Source: a virus (taxonomy: Duplodnaviria; Caudoviricetes). From it: DNA of 60,442 nucleotides. Below are positions 26,371 to 35,808 of the stretch, one piece after another. Made by a program: the position numbers and the translations under genes. The stretch covers positions 1 through 60,442 of IMG/VR virus record IMGVR_UViG_3300021376_002324. The stretch is one strand, 5' to 3'. The notes under the pieces were generated by a model. The model made no database searches. It had not been told where the DNA came from and saw only the letters and a program-made list of their open reading frames with translations. Positions within the stretch are counted from its first letter, which is position 1. Every line of letters begins with the position of its first letter.

Positions 26371-27765
26371 TCAATTGTTTATGAATTGATATTTTATTTT
26401 GGCCCAAGTGTACGTTTGATATTTTTTAAATTTTTGACTTAGTACATCTAAAAATGGTAAAAATATACCAGGTACCGATGTATTTGATTTACCATATGAC
26501 TGCACAAGTGAACCTTTTCTATATTGTATATTAATATGTCTACCATTTAATGATCCCCTCAAGTAAATGTATAAAAGTCCATTATTAAATTGTTTGGACA
26601 TACAATTTTTCATAAAGATTCCTTCGTTGATAAAGTCTTCTTCTGTAATTAATATTTTAACTTTTAATATTTCACTATTAATTTCTATGTCTTTTTCTAT
26701 GTCTTCAATAAACTCTTGTGTATGAATGTATTTTACTTTATAACCTCTTCGATAATATTGTTTTAAATTATTTAATCTCTCCATAAATCCAATAAATTGA
26801 TTATCATTTTTTGGTGTTAATGAAATTTGAATACCTTTTGATTCTAAATCTTTTCTCAATTTCAATAGTTTATTTATGCTTATAAACAAACAATCTAAAT
26901 TAGTAGCAGTGGAATTCCAATTATTAATTAATTTAATAAAACTATTTTTTTCTACATCGTTTTTAAGTGTAATTGGTTTTATACTTAATCTTTTTGTGTC
27001 TGAACAATGTGTTTGCCAATTTATTTTTTTCAAACAATCTAAATAATTATCACCAAAAAGTTTACAAAGATAATTTAGTAATAGGATGTTTATTGGAAGA
27101 TTTGAGATGTTCAATTCTTTAATTAGATATTTTGATTTAATACCTAATGAATCTAATGCGGCGGGTAAAAATTTATTATCATTTTGTTTCAGATATTTTT
27201 TTGATGGGTATAAATCAATTATATCATAATATACATTATCGTGCCCTTTTATATCTTTTTTACTTAAATGAAAATCAACAATTATATCATATAACTCATT
27301 AACCGATGGTTTTTCTTTATATGATTTATTTACGTAGAATTCTGAATTAAGATATGGTTTTAGATTATTACTTACAATTAAACTTATTTCATTTATGGCT
27401 CTTTCGTATTTGACCCCCCAATAGTTTAATCTTTTTTCACCTCTATATAAACCATTTTCAATCAAATCATTTAACAAACTAAAATTATTTTTTTTCATTT
27501 TGTATGATGATTTGTATACATTCTCATCAGTTAAATTATCATTTAAGATTCTATAGGTGACGGTTATATCTCCATTGAATAAACAAATATTCAAAGCATG
27601 TTCAAACCTTACATTCTTTCTTGAACCGTATCTACTAAACTCTAAATCAAATGTTCCTGTGTAAATTAAAAATTTATCGTCACCAAAAAGTTTTAAATCA
27701 CAAACAGATGTCGCAGGACTTTTTCTATCTTTTTTTACTTGATTATGTTTAAATAATAAATCCAC
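26371..27765 (-). CDS. PcfJ-like domain protein A
   Basis: C-terminal EDFINEGIFMKNCMS; paralog of the downstream ORF (shared YPxxKYLKxND). Confidence 0.6.
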   Translation of the reverse strand: MDLLFKHNQVKKDRKSPATSVCDLKLFGDDKFLIYTGTFDLEFSRYGSRKNVRFEHALNICLFNGDITVTYRILNDNLTDENVYKSSYKMKKNNFSLLNDLIENGLYRGEKRLNYWGVKYERAINEISLIVSNNLKPYLNSEFYVNKSYKEKPSVNELYDIIVDFHLSKKDIKGHDNVYYDIIDLYPSKKYLKQNDNKFLPAALDSLGIKSKYLIKELNISNLPINILLLNYLCKLFGDNYLDCLKKINWQTHCSDTKRLSIKPITLKNDVEKNSFIKLINNWNSTATNLDCLFISINKLLKLRKDLESKGIQISLTPKNDNQFIGFMERLNNLKQYYRRGYKVKYIHTQEFIEDIEKDIEINSEILKVKILITEEDFINEGIFMKNCMSKQFNNGLLYIYLRGSLNGRHINIQYRKGSLVQSYGKSNTSVPGIFLPFLDVLSQKFKKYQTYTWAKIKYQFINN

Positions 27766-27811
27766 ATATAAAATATATATGGATTATTTTTCAAAGTGTA
27801 TGGTATTTTAT

Positions 27812-29590
27812 TTAAAAGAAGTTTTCAATATCTAATCCGAATAATCTAGTTGGTTCTTCTTTTTTCACTTCTACGCCATTTATTTTCAATGGTACTTTTA
27901 ATTTTTCTGACGCATGTAATAAACCGAGTCTAGCGTATTTTTTTACTTTTGGTGATAGGTCATTTATGATTACATGTTCGATGTCTGCTGGCGGTTTTCT
28001 GTTACAAAAATGTCTCGCTTGTATTAACATACCATCTTGACAATTAAATTCACATGTCACTCTATCGGTAGAGTCTTTTGTTCTTACAGATATAATAATA
28101 GATTTCTCTTTATCAGCATAAGTGGCAACACAGTGATGCATAAATGAACCCTCTTCTATATAATCTTCTTCTCTTTTTAAAATAACAGGATAAAATGAAA
28201 TACCCATATCTTCAGCAAATGTTGGTTCTGTTTCACTACCCAAATTTATTTTAAGTGGTAGTGGTCTTTCAACATCCTCAGACATTTTTTCATTAAATTT
28301 ATATTCAATAACCCAACCCTTTTTAATTGCTGTAACCATTTTAGATAGTTCACGATGTTCATCATGGAATTCTTTTGGTGTTCTGGCTTTCATATATAAA
28401 TCAGGGTCATAATCTCTAATCTTTTCTATCATATTTAAATGGTCTTCTAAAAGTTGTATAAATCTCTCATCAAATATATTATCAAGTGGTCTGTCTTGTG
28501 GTGAATTAAATAATTTCACCATATTTTCTTTTTCTTTATCTATCAATAGATATGGTTTCTGTTTGTAATTTAATAAAACTGATTTTGTATTGGCAGGATC
28601 AAAGGTACTTTGTTTTCTAACAGAGTTCTCAAAAACATTTGGGTGAATATTACCAAGATATTTTGAAAAGTCGTTACCGAAAATTTTACAAACTTTATAG
28701 AATCCGATTATATCTAAATTAGGATACTCATGTAGGATTTTGATTGTTGATTTGGATTTAATTCCCAACATATCGAGAATAGAAGATATAAGTTTTCTAT
28801 CATTCTTTTTTAGGTATTTTTCTGTTGGATAAAACTTAGTTATCCAAAATTCAAAATCACCATTCGGAATCTTTATTTTTTTTAAATTGATAAAGACTTT
28901 ACATAAATCTGTTTTAAATTGTTGTGGTTTTGAGGAATATGAAATACAACCCATTTCAATTCCCAAAGATTCTTGTACTGCGGACGTAAATTTCAAATTA
29001 TCAAAAACACTTTCCATTTCTTTTTTTATTCTACTATTTGAACTTAAAAAAACATGAACATTAAAAATAGATTTACCGGCTAATAATTTTTCAACTTCGA
29101 AAAAACTATTTGTTTTAAAAACTTTTGTAAGTGATTTACCTCTTTTCAATATGGTTGAGGTTGTTATGTTACCGGTTTTTAAATTTATAGTAATTGCACT
29201 CACATCGTACCACTTTTTAAAGTAGATACAATTGAATCCCCTTGATTTAGTGTAGTGTAAAAGTTTGATAGTTATTTTATCACCGTTTCTTCTGATAGAC
29301 CTTTCCAAAGTGTTTACCATTATAGAAGAGAACGACCTACCATAATGTCTTTTTATTTGTGTATCTGAAGTGGTTTCATAACTACCTCCTTCTTTATTTT
29401 TAAGAACATACTCAAAAGTGAATTTTTCTTGTACATCATCGTTATTAGTAAAAAAATGTACCTTTTTTTTCTTTTTTGTGGGGAATGAAAATATCTTACC
29501 AATCTTTTCGGTTTTATTGGTTATGAGACTGTAATCTTTGAATGGGGTTATTGTTGCATATGTGAACTTCTGTTCTATTATATCTTCCAT
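27812..29590 (-). CDS. PcfJ-like domain protein B
   Basis: EEGSFMHHCVATY...RVTCE...QARHFCN. Confidence 0.7.
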   Translation of the reverse strand: MEDIIEQKFTYATITPFKDYSLITNKTEKIGKIFSFPTKKKKKVHFFTNNDDVQEKFTFEYVLKNKEGGSYETTSDTQIKRHYGRSFSSIMVNTLERSIRRNGDKITIKLLHYTKSRGFNCIYFKKWYDVSAITINLKTGNITTSTILKRGKSLTKVFKTNSFFEVEKLLAGKSIFNVHVFLSSNSRIKKEMESVFDNLKFTSAVQESLGIEMGCISYSSKPQQFKTDLCKVFINLKKIKIPNGDFEFWITKFYPTEKYLKKNDRKLISSILDMLGIKSKSTIKILHEYPNLDIIGFYKVCKIFGNDFSKYLGNIHPNVFENSVRKQSTFDPANTKSVLLNYKQKPYLLIDKEKENMVKLFNSPQDRPLDNIFDERFIQLLEDHLNMIEKIRDYDPDLYMKARTPKEFHDEHRELSKMVTAIKKGWVIEYKFNEKMSEDVERPLPLKINLGSETEPTFAEDMGISFYPVILKREEDYIEEGSFMHHCVATYADKEKSIIISVRTKDSTDRVTCEFNCQDGMLIQARHFCNRKPPADIEHVIINDLSPKVKKYARLGLLHASEKLKVPLKINGVEVKKEEPTRLFGLDIENFF

Positions 29591-29661
29591 TTTAGTAAGT
29601 TTTGTTTATCAAAAATAATGAAAAAACTTATTATATATCTATTTATATAAAAAAATATATT

Positions 29662-29796
29662 ATGGCTAAAGGAAAGGGCACCGGTGAATCAAGAAAGATT
29701 ACTTTTGGTAAAAAAAGTGGTAAAGGTAAGGCTAGAAAAAAATTCGGACCAAAAGACCAAAAACCAAAAAAGTATAGGGGTCAAGGTAGGTCTTAA
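29662..29796 (+). CDS. Small K/G/R-rich basic protein (44 aa)
   Basis: MAKGKGTGESRKITFGKK...KKYRGQGRS; TATTTAT at 29640-29646. Confidence 0.65.
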   Translation: MAKGKGTGESRKITFGKKSGKGKARKKFGPKDQKPKKYRGQGRS

Positions 29797-29799
29797 GTC

Positions 29800-30114
29800 C
29801 TACCCCCCTTGTAATATTCCAATTAAATAATAAGAAATTTTATAACCCGTGAAGGCCCCTAAAGCTGAGGGTATTGGAAATACTATTAGTTTACCTAAAT
29901 CAGTTACGTATTTTGGTCTATTGACAATCTTACCCATAAAAAAATAATAGGTTAGATAACCAATTAATACCGCGATATCGGTTCTAGTTGCAATAAAAAC
30001 AACAAGTGTTGCACCTATAAATCCAAATGTGAAATTGTCACTTATACCCTCCCAAATTTCAAACCAAGAGGCATCTTTCCATTCTTTATATATTTTCTGT
30101 GTCCGTTTTCTCAT
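29800..30114 (-). CDS. Membrane protein
   Basis: Three hydrophobic segments. Confidence 0.55.
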   Translation of the reverse strand: MRKRTQKIYKEWKDASWFEIWEGISDNFTFGFIGATLVVFIATRTDIAVLIGYLTYYFFMGKIVNRPKYVTDLGKLIVFPIPSALGAFTGYKISYYLIGILQGG

Positions 30115-31122
30115 TTAATTTGATAAAGGTGCTTTTATTTTTGGGTGTGATTGATAGTTTATTAATTCAAAACAATCGGGTCTATATGATAGTATCTTTT
30201 CACTCAATGTTTTCTCACCCAAATGTTCTTTTACTTTTTCGTGCATATACCAATTTCTTTCGGTTATGGTTACCGATGGTAAATCATAAGGTCTTCTATA
30301 CATTTGTTCTTTTGCCTGTTCGATATGATTTTTATACAAATGTACATCTCCCAAATTACCAATCAATTCATCAGGTATCATATTTACTTCCTTTGCAATA
30401 ATCTCCAATAGTAATCCATAAGAAGCAATGTTAAATGGTAATCCTAAAAATGTATCCACACTTCTCTGATTCCACATTAAAGAAAGATATCTTTTTCCAT
30501 CTTGCTCTCTTGTGTAAACTTGAAATCCGTAATGGCAAGGTGGTAGAACCATTTGGTCTAACTCACCTACATTCCAAGCCGAAACCATTAATCTTCTACT
30601 ATCAGGATTTGTTTTGAGTTCGTTGATTAGGTTTAGGATTTGGTCTATGACTACCTTACCTAATAAAGTATGATTACCATTATTTTCCACCTTAAGTGTT
30701 TTACTCATTTCCCAATCTCTCCATTGTTTACCATAGATTGGTCCTAATTCACCCCACTTCTTAGCAAACTCATCATCTGTTTTGATTTTCTTAATGAATT
30801 GTTCTTTTGTAAATTGTTCACCTGGATTAAGTGAAGTCTTGGAAGCGTAGTTCTTATATGCATCGCCATCCCAAATATGACAATCGTAATCTAATAAGAA
30901 TTTGATGTTAGTATCACCTCTTAAAAACCACAGCAATTCAGTTACCATAGTTTTCCAAGCCATTTTTTTAGTAGTAAGTAAAGGGAATCCTCCACTCATT
31001 TTGTGACGGATTTGTCTACCGAATACTGAGAGTGTTCCAGTACCTGTCCTATCTTTTTTTTCAACACCGTTATCTAAAATGTCTCTGAGTAGTTGTTGAT
31101 ATTGTCTTTCTATATTATTCAT
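30115..31122 (-). CDS. thyA: Thymidylate synthase
   Basis: DRTGTGT, ELLWFL, LPPCH, QRSVDTFLGLPFN, HLYKNH. Confidence 0.97.
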   Translation of the reverse strand: MNNIERQYQQLLRDILDNGVEKKDRTGTGTLSVFGRQIRHKMSGGFPLLTTKKMAWKTMVTELLWFLRGDTNIKFLLDYDCHIWDGDAYKNYASKTSLNPGEQFTKEQFIKKIKTDDEFAKKWGELGPIYGKQWRDWEMSKTLKVENNGNHTLLGKVVIDQILNLINELKTNPDSRRLMVSAWNVGELDQMVLPPCHYGFQVYTREQDGKRYLSLMWNQRSVDTFLGLPFNIASYGLLLEIIAKEVNMIPDELIGNLGDVHLYKNHIEQAKEQMYRRPYDLPSVTITERNWYMHEKVKEHLGEKTLSEKILSYRPDCFELINYQSHPKIKAPLSN

Positions 31123-31754
31123 ATTATTTTTCCTTTTATCTGTTGTATTAATAAATCTGCGATATTTTTTTGTCCGTTTTCACTAAAGTGAATATCATTT
31201 ATATATCCACCAGTTTCACTTTTTACCGTCTCAATCCCATCGAAATATAAAACATTAAATTCGTCGATTGGTTTAAAGGGACTCCAAAATAAACATTTTA
31301 TTGGTTTCATGACATGTTCAATCATAATCATCCACCAATTAATTTCATTTATATATAGTTTGTGGTTTCTATTTATAACAATTTCTTTAATTGTTTCAAA
31401 AGAGTAATTTGTATCTTTAAATTTTACTTTGTTCTCATCAACCGAATCCATCAATATTGTTCTCCAATTATCATCTTTTGTGGGTATTCTGAATCTGTTA
31501 ATTCCTGACCAACCAAAAATTAATATATCATTATCTCCAATATCTATAACATTTTTACAAAATGATTCAAATATCGTATAGTTATCGGTTCCACCAACCC
31601 CTAAATTTTTAACTTCCATATCTAATGTTTCACCAATAAAGTCCGCGTATACTTTTGGTTGTCTATTTTTCCATTTTATATATTCATTAGACCAACTATA
31701 ATTTGGGTTATATGGTTCAGTAAAACTGTCCCCAAAAGTCCATACACAACTCAT
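31119..31754 (-). CDS. SGNH/GDSL-like paralog 4
   Basis: FGDSF, GGTDN, DIHFSENG. Confidence 0.6.
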   Translation of the reverse strand: MSCVWTFGDSFTEPYNPNYSWSNEYIKWKNRQPKVYADFIGETLDMEVKNLGVGGTDNYTIFESFCKNVIDIGDNDILIFGWSGINRFRIPTKDDNWRTILMDSVDENKVKFKDTNYSFETIKEIVINRNHKLYINEINWWMIMIEHVMKPIKCLFWSPFKPIDEFNVLYFDGIETVKSETGGYINDIHFSENGQKNIADLLIQQIKGKII

Positions 31755-32437
31755 AATATTTTTCTGTTTACACTTTCATTACCCACAAATATTTTTTTTA
31801 TCATTTCTTCAGAAAATAAATAATGACTTTCTTCACACCAATGACCGTCACTAATTTTTCCTTTTGTTTCTCCGGTTATTGTTTTATATCCAAAGGCATA
31901 ATGAATACTATCACAGGATTTGAAGGTCGGGTACCAACTCCAATGTATTGTTTTGATTTTTTTTAATGATAAATTTATGAGTTTAATCCAATTACAAACT
32001 TCTGACATATAAAATTCATGTTCTCTGTTTACCATCACCTCTGTGATTGTTTTGTTAGATAAAAATTCAAAACTATCTAAAGGTTTGTGTGAAAAAAAAC
32101 CATCACTATTTTTCATATCTGAATTGAAAAACCCCCATTCGTTATCTTTGTTAACTAATCTAAACCTTTCTTGACCAGTCCAACCAAAAATCACAACATC
32201 ACCTTCTTTTATTTCCTCACATACTTTACAAAACTCTTCGAAAATATAAGAGTTATCACATCCTCCCATACCTTTATTGACAAGTTTCATATTTAATTTC
32301 TCGGCAACAATTTCACCAAATACCTTTGGTACATAACCCTTCCATTCAACATACTTATGTCTCCAATGTCTTTTGTCATCACTATAAGGTTTTAAAAAAT
32401 CGGTAAATGAATCACCGAATGTCCAAAGGGTACTCAT
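31751..32437 (-). CDS. SGNH/GDSL-like paralog 5
   Basis: FGDSF, GGCDN, DGHWCE; close to paralog 1 (MSTLW, KGYxPK). Confidence 0.6.
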   Translation of the reverse strand: MSTLWTFGDSFTDFLKPYSDDKRHWRHKYVEWKGYVPKVFGEIVAEKLNMKLVNKGMGGCDNSYIFEEFCKVCEEIKEGDVVIFGWTGQERFRLVNKDNEWGFFNSDMKNSDGFFSHKPLDSFEFLSNKTITEVMVNREHEFYMSEVCNWIKLINLSLKKIKTIHWSWYPTFKSCDSIHYAFGYKTITGETKGKISDGHWCEESHYLFSEEMIKKIFVGNESVNRKIL

Positions 32438-32664
32438 CTTTTATAATAAGCGTTTCTTTGTATTTGAATTCCTGCAAAAAATATTAACCACCTAAATGAA
32501 AACCCAATGGCTGGTGTCGTGATGCCGGTTTCGAAGAAAACGTCGTCTCTATAAAAAAATACTATTGTTGGTATAATAAACCAATGATATTTCTTTTTGT
32601 AAACAAAGTAATCTATAAGGTATTTTGGTTCTTTATTCGTCATAATTTCCGATGTTAGATCCAT
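32434..32664 (-). CDS. Hypothetical protein
   Basis: Aromatic-rich 76-aa ORF. Confidence 0.5.
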   Translation of the reverse strand: MDLTSEIMTNKEPKYLIDYFVYKKKYHWFIIPTIVFFYRDDVFFETGITTPAIGFSFRWLIFFAGIQIQRNAYYKR

Positions 32665-32854
32665 TTTCTTTTAATTTTTTAAGACTTTTGTAAATGAAGT
32701 AAGTTTCTTGTACTGAAAATATATTTTGTGAATGAGAATATTCCATCGCCTTCTCAATAATCAAAAGAGCACTTGATTTATCCATTCCTTTTACAAAGGA
32801 TTCAAACTCCTCCTCATTCTGGAATTCTATAAGACCACCAAAAATATTATCCAT
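32633..32854 (-). CDS. Hypothetical protein
   Basis: 73-aa ORF. Confidence 0.5.
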   Translation of the reverse strand: MDNIFGGLIEFQNEEEFESFVKGMDKSSALLIIEKAMEYSHSQNIFSVQETYFIYKSLKKLKENGSNIGNYDE

Positions 32855-32901
32855 ATTTGAAATATACTATTTTATTTTGAATATACCAAATAATTATAGA
32901 T

Positions 32902-33267
32902 ATGGAAGTTATTGTTGGAAATCAAAGATTTAATGGTGAATATCTAACTCAACCTGAGGATATACAAAGGGGAATGATGGATAGAAAAGAACTAAATGGT
33001 TGTATGGTATTCAAAATGGGTATGGGTCATCATTCATTTTGGATGAAAAATTGTTTAATACCTTTAGACATTGTCTTTGTAAATAAGAACACAATTTCTA
33101 AAATCCATCACGATTGTCCTCCTGCTGACCCACATTCAATGAACCCACCAAGATATACAGGAATAGGTGACCATGTAATTGAATTCCCTGGTGGTACCTG
33201 TAAAGATATGAAGGTAGGGGATAGGATTAACCTATATCTTGGGACACCCCGAAATCCTGTGAAATAA
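32902..33267 (+). CDS. DUF192-family protein
   Basis: RGMM.R, GCMVF, FWMKNCLIPLDIVF, VIEFPGG. Confidence 0.85.
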   Translation: MEVIVGNQRFNGEYLTQPEDIQRGMMDRKELNGCMVFKMGMGHHSFWMKNCLIPLDIVFVNKNTISKIHHDCPPADPHSMNPPRYTGIGDHVIEFPGGTCKDMKVGDRINLYLGTPRNPVK

Positions 33268-33916
33268 AATCATAAGTAACCTTAGATTTAACTTTTTCAA
33301 ACACCCAAAAATAAGAATGATACTTTCTAGCGTGATGTTGTTTAGTCCATTTGGTTCCGTTGAAAGCGTTAACCCTAACATTTGATGTAAGAACAAACAT
33401 ATCCCTTGGATAAAATCCAAGTTTATAGGCTATATTCATAACCATTACATGACTGAAATAATTTTTACCTCCCGATACTGTATCCTGACATTTCATAACA
33501 AGAAATCCTCCTTTATCAAGTATTCGATATAATTCTTTCAGAGTGTTATAGTAATTCGATTTCAATTCTTCATAAGTACCATATCCCTCAAATCTTTTAG
33601 CAATAATAGAACTACCCTCTTTATTGTTTCTATGACCCATACCACTTCCAACAATAACGAATGGAGGATCGTACATAATACTTTTCATTGAGTTATCTTC
33701 AAATGGTAAGTCTTCAGAACTGGCTTCCAACACTGTTTCATTTACTGGATATAAGTCACTTTTATGTTTAGGACTTGGAAGGTCTTTCCAAAAATTCCCT
33801 TTTGAGTATGTACAGTCTAAATCGAATTGTTCTATTTCATAAAGTTCCATTATATTTTTGATAGCCTCGAAGTTTGAGGTATAGACACTTTTTACCATTT
33901 TGAAATCCTTTTCCAT
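33227..33916 (-). CDS. Amino (m6A/m4C) DNA methyltransferase
   Basis: LDCTYSKG motif I-like, DPPF motif IV, RILDKGG. Confidence 0.75.
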   Translation of the reverse strand: MEKDFKMVKSVYTSNFEAIKNIMELYEIEQFDLDCTYSKGNFWKDLPSPKHKSDLYPVNETVLEASSEDLPFEDNSMKSIMYDPPFVIVGSGMGHRNNKEGSSIIAKRFEGYGTYEELKSNYYNTLKELYRILDKGGFLVMKCQDTVSGGKNYFSHVMVMNIAYKLGFYPRDMFVLTSNVRVNAFNGTKWTKQHHARKYHSYFWVFEKVKSKVTYDFISQDFGVSQDIG

Positions 33917-34007
33917 TGATTTTTACGTTTTAATTTCTTATATTTTAAGTAAAGTATAGACAAAAAAAATTAATAAACCAAACTATTTATAATTAAAACA
34001 GAACACT

Positions 34008-34184
34008 ATGGGATGCGGATGTAAAAAGAAACAACAGACAACTACACAAACACAGACTCCTCCTCCACCGACTATTAATGTTAGTCTGGCCGAGAGTACT
34101 AGTCATAATTTGACACAATCACAAGAAAATTTAGTGAACCAAATTGTTGAAAAATTGAGACAAGTTGGTGAAAAATCCGAATAG
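34008..34184 (+). CDS. Small MGCGC-leader protein (58 aa)
   Basis: Manual translation MGCGCKKKQQTTTQTQTPPPPTINVSLAES...; TATTTAT at 33984-33990 and its own terminator. Confidence 0.65.
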   Translation: MGCGCKKKQQTTTQTQTPPPPTINVSLAESTSHNLTQSQENLVNQIVEKLRQVGEKSE

Positions 34185-34221
34185 ATAACGGGTAATATTT
34201 TTTTACCCGTTATTATTTTTT
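34185..34221 (+). terminator. Intrinsic terminator
   Basis: ATAACGGGTAA/TTACCCGTTAT perfect 11-bp stem followed by a T-run. Confidence 0.75.
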
Positions 34222-34252
34222 CAAAATAATATATAAAAATATATATACTAAT

Positions 34253-34450
34253 ATGAAATCAGAAACAAAATTAACAAGTGTAAACATCTTAGATGACGTT
34301 TATAAAAAGTTTAAGATTAAATCAATTGAGAGTTCAATAAACCTACAAAAGTTAGTTAATAGGTCTTTAGATTTATACAATAAAGATGAAAAGTTTAGAG
34401 ATGTGATTGATAATCATAATGGTTTGGCGTCAAGTGGTTCAAAATTTTAA
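34253..34450 (+). CDS. Ribbon-helix-helix-like DNA-binding protein
   Basis: KLTSVNI strand followed by two helices; heads the GT operon. Confidence 0.55.
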   Translation: MKSETKLTSVNILDDVYKKFKIKSIESSINLQKLVNRSLDLYNKDEKFRDVIDNHNGLASSGSKF

Positions 34451-35808
34451 TGAAAAAGAAAATTTTATTATTATCTGATGACTTGAGAATGACATCAGGT
34501 ATTTCTACTATGTCTAAAGAATTTGTACTTGGAACAATTCATAAGTACAATTGGGTTCAATTGGGTGCGGCAATTAAACATCCTGAATTAGGTAAAATTG
34601 TAGATATCAGTGAAGATGCTCAAAAAAAAACCAACGTATCAGACGCAGATTTAAAAATATATCCTGCGAATGGTTATGGTGATATTGGTGCGTTACGTAA
34701 ATTAATATTAGAGGAAAAGCCTGATGCAATTTTACATTTTACTGATCCTCATTATTGGCAGTGGTTATACGATAATGAAAGTGAAATAAGACAACACGTT
34801 CCAATATTATATTATCACGTTTGGGATAATTTACCTGACCCAATTTACAATAGAGATTATTATGAAAGTTGTGATTGGATTGGTTGTATATCAAAACAAA
34901 CTTATGGAATAGTTAACAGAGTTGGTTCTTTGACAACACACAGTACTTATAATCCTTTAAATAGAAATCAAGTATCATATGTTCCTCACGGTGTGAATGA
35001 AAACACATTTAAACCATTGGAAGGGGTAGATGAAGATACACTAAGTTTGATTCACGGCAATAAAAAATATGAGTTTGTTTTATTCTATAACAATAGAAAC
35101 ATAAGAAGAAAACAAACATCAGATGTGATATATTCCTATAAAATGTTTTGTGACATGTTACCTAAAGAGGAGTCAGAAAAATGTTTATTGTTTATGCACA
35201 CATCATCCGTGGATTCCAACGGAACAGATTTACCTGCAGTTATTGATGTACTATGTGAAGAATATGATGTGAAGATAACAGATAAAAAGTTTGATCAAGA
35301 AAAATTAAATCAAATATATAATTCCGTGGATTGTACAATCAACATTGCAAGTAACGAAGGATTTGGTTTAACTACATTAGAAAGTTTAATGTCGGGAACA
35401 CCAATTATTGTCAATGTTACCGGTGGATTACAGGATCAATGTGGTTTTAATTTCACAGAGGATGATTTTATTTCATTAGGTTCGTTGCATAATAAGAGTG
35501 AGAGGTCACAAACAAAACATGGTGAGTGGGTGGTTCCTGTGTGGTCATCATCCAATACATTAAACGGTTCACCAGCAACACCATATATTTTTGATGATAA
35601 GATTAATAATCAAGATGTTGCGGAATCTATTTTTAAAATGTATAAGAAAGGTAAAGAAGAAAGAAATAGAATTGGTTTACTTGGTAGGGAGTTCTCAATA
35701 GAAAACTTCTCGAGTAAAGTAATGTCAGATAAATTAATTGAGGGTATTGAAATGACTCTTGAAAATTGGAAACCGAAAAAGAGATTTAATTTATATAAAA
35801 TTGTATGA
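34450..35808 (+). CDS. GT4 (GT-B) glycosyltransferase
   Basis: PHGV, NRNIRRK, EGFGLTTLES signature. Confidence 0.88.
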   Translation: MKKKILLLSDDLRMTSGISTMSKEFVLGTIHKYNWVQLGAAIKHPELGKIVDISEDAQKKTNVSDADLKIYPANGYGDIGALRKLILEEKPDAILHFTDPHYWQWLYDNESEIRQHVPILYYHVWDNLPDPIYNRDYYESCDWIGCISKQTYGIVNRVGSLTTHSTYNPLNRNQVSYVPHGVNENTFKPLEGVDEDTLSLIHGNKKYEFVLFYNNRNIRRKQTSDVIYSYKMFCDMLPKEESEKCLLFMHTSSVDSNGTDLPAVIDVLCEEYDVKITDKKFDQEKLNQIYNSVDCTINIASNEGFGLTTLESLMSGTPIIVNVTGGLQDQCGFNFTEDDFISLGSLHNKSERSQTKHGEWVVPVWSSSNTLNGSPATPYIFDDKINNQDVAESIFKMYKKGKEERNRIGLLGREFSIENFSSKVMSDKLIEGIEMTLENWKPKKRFNLYKIV

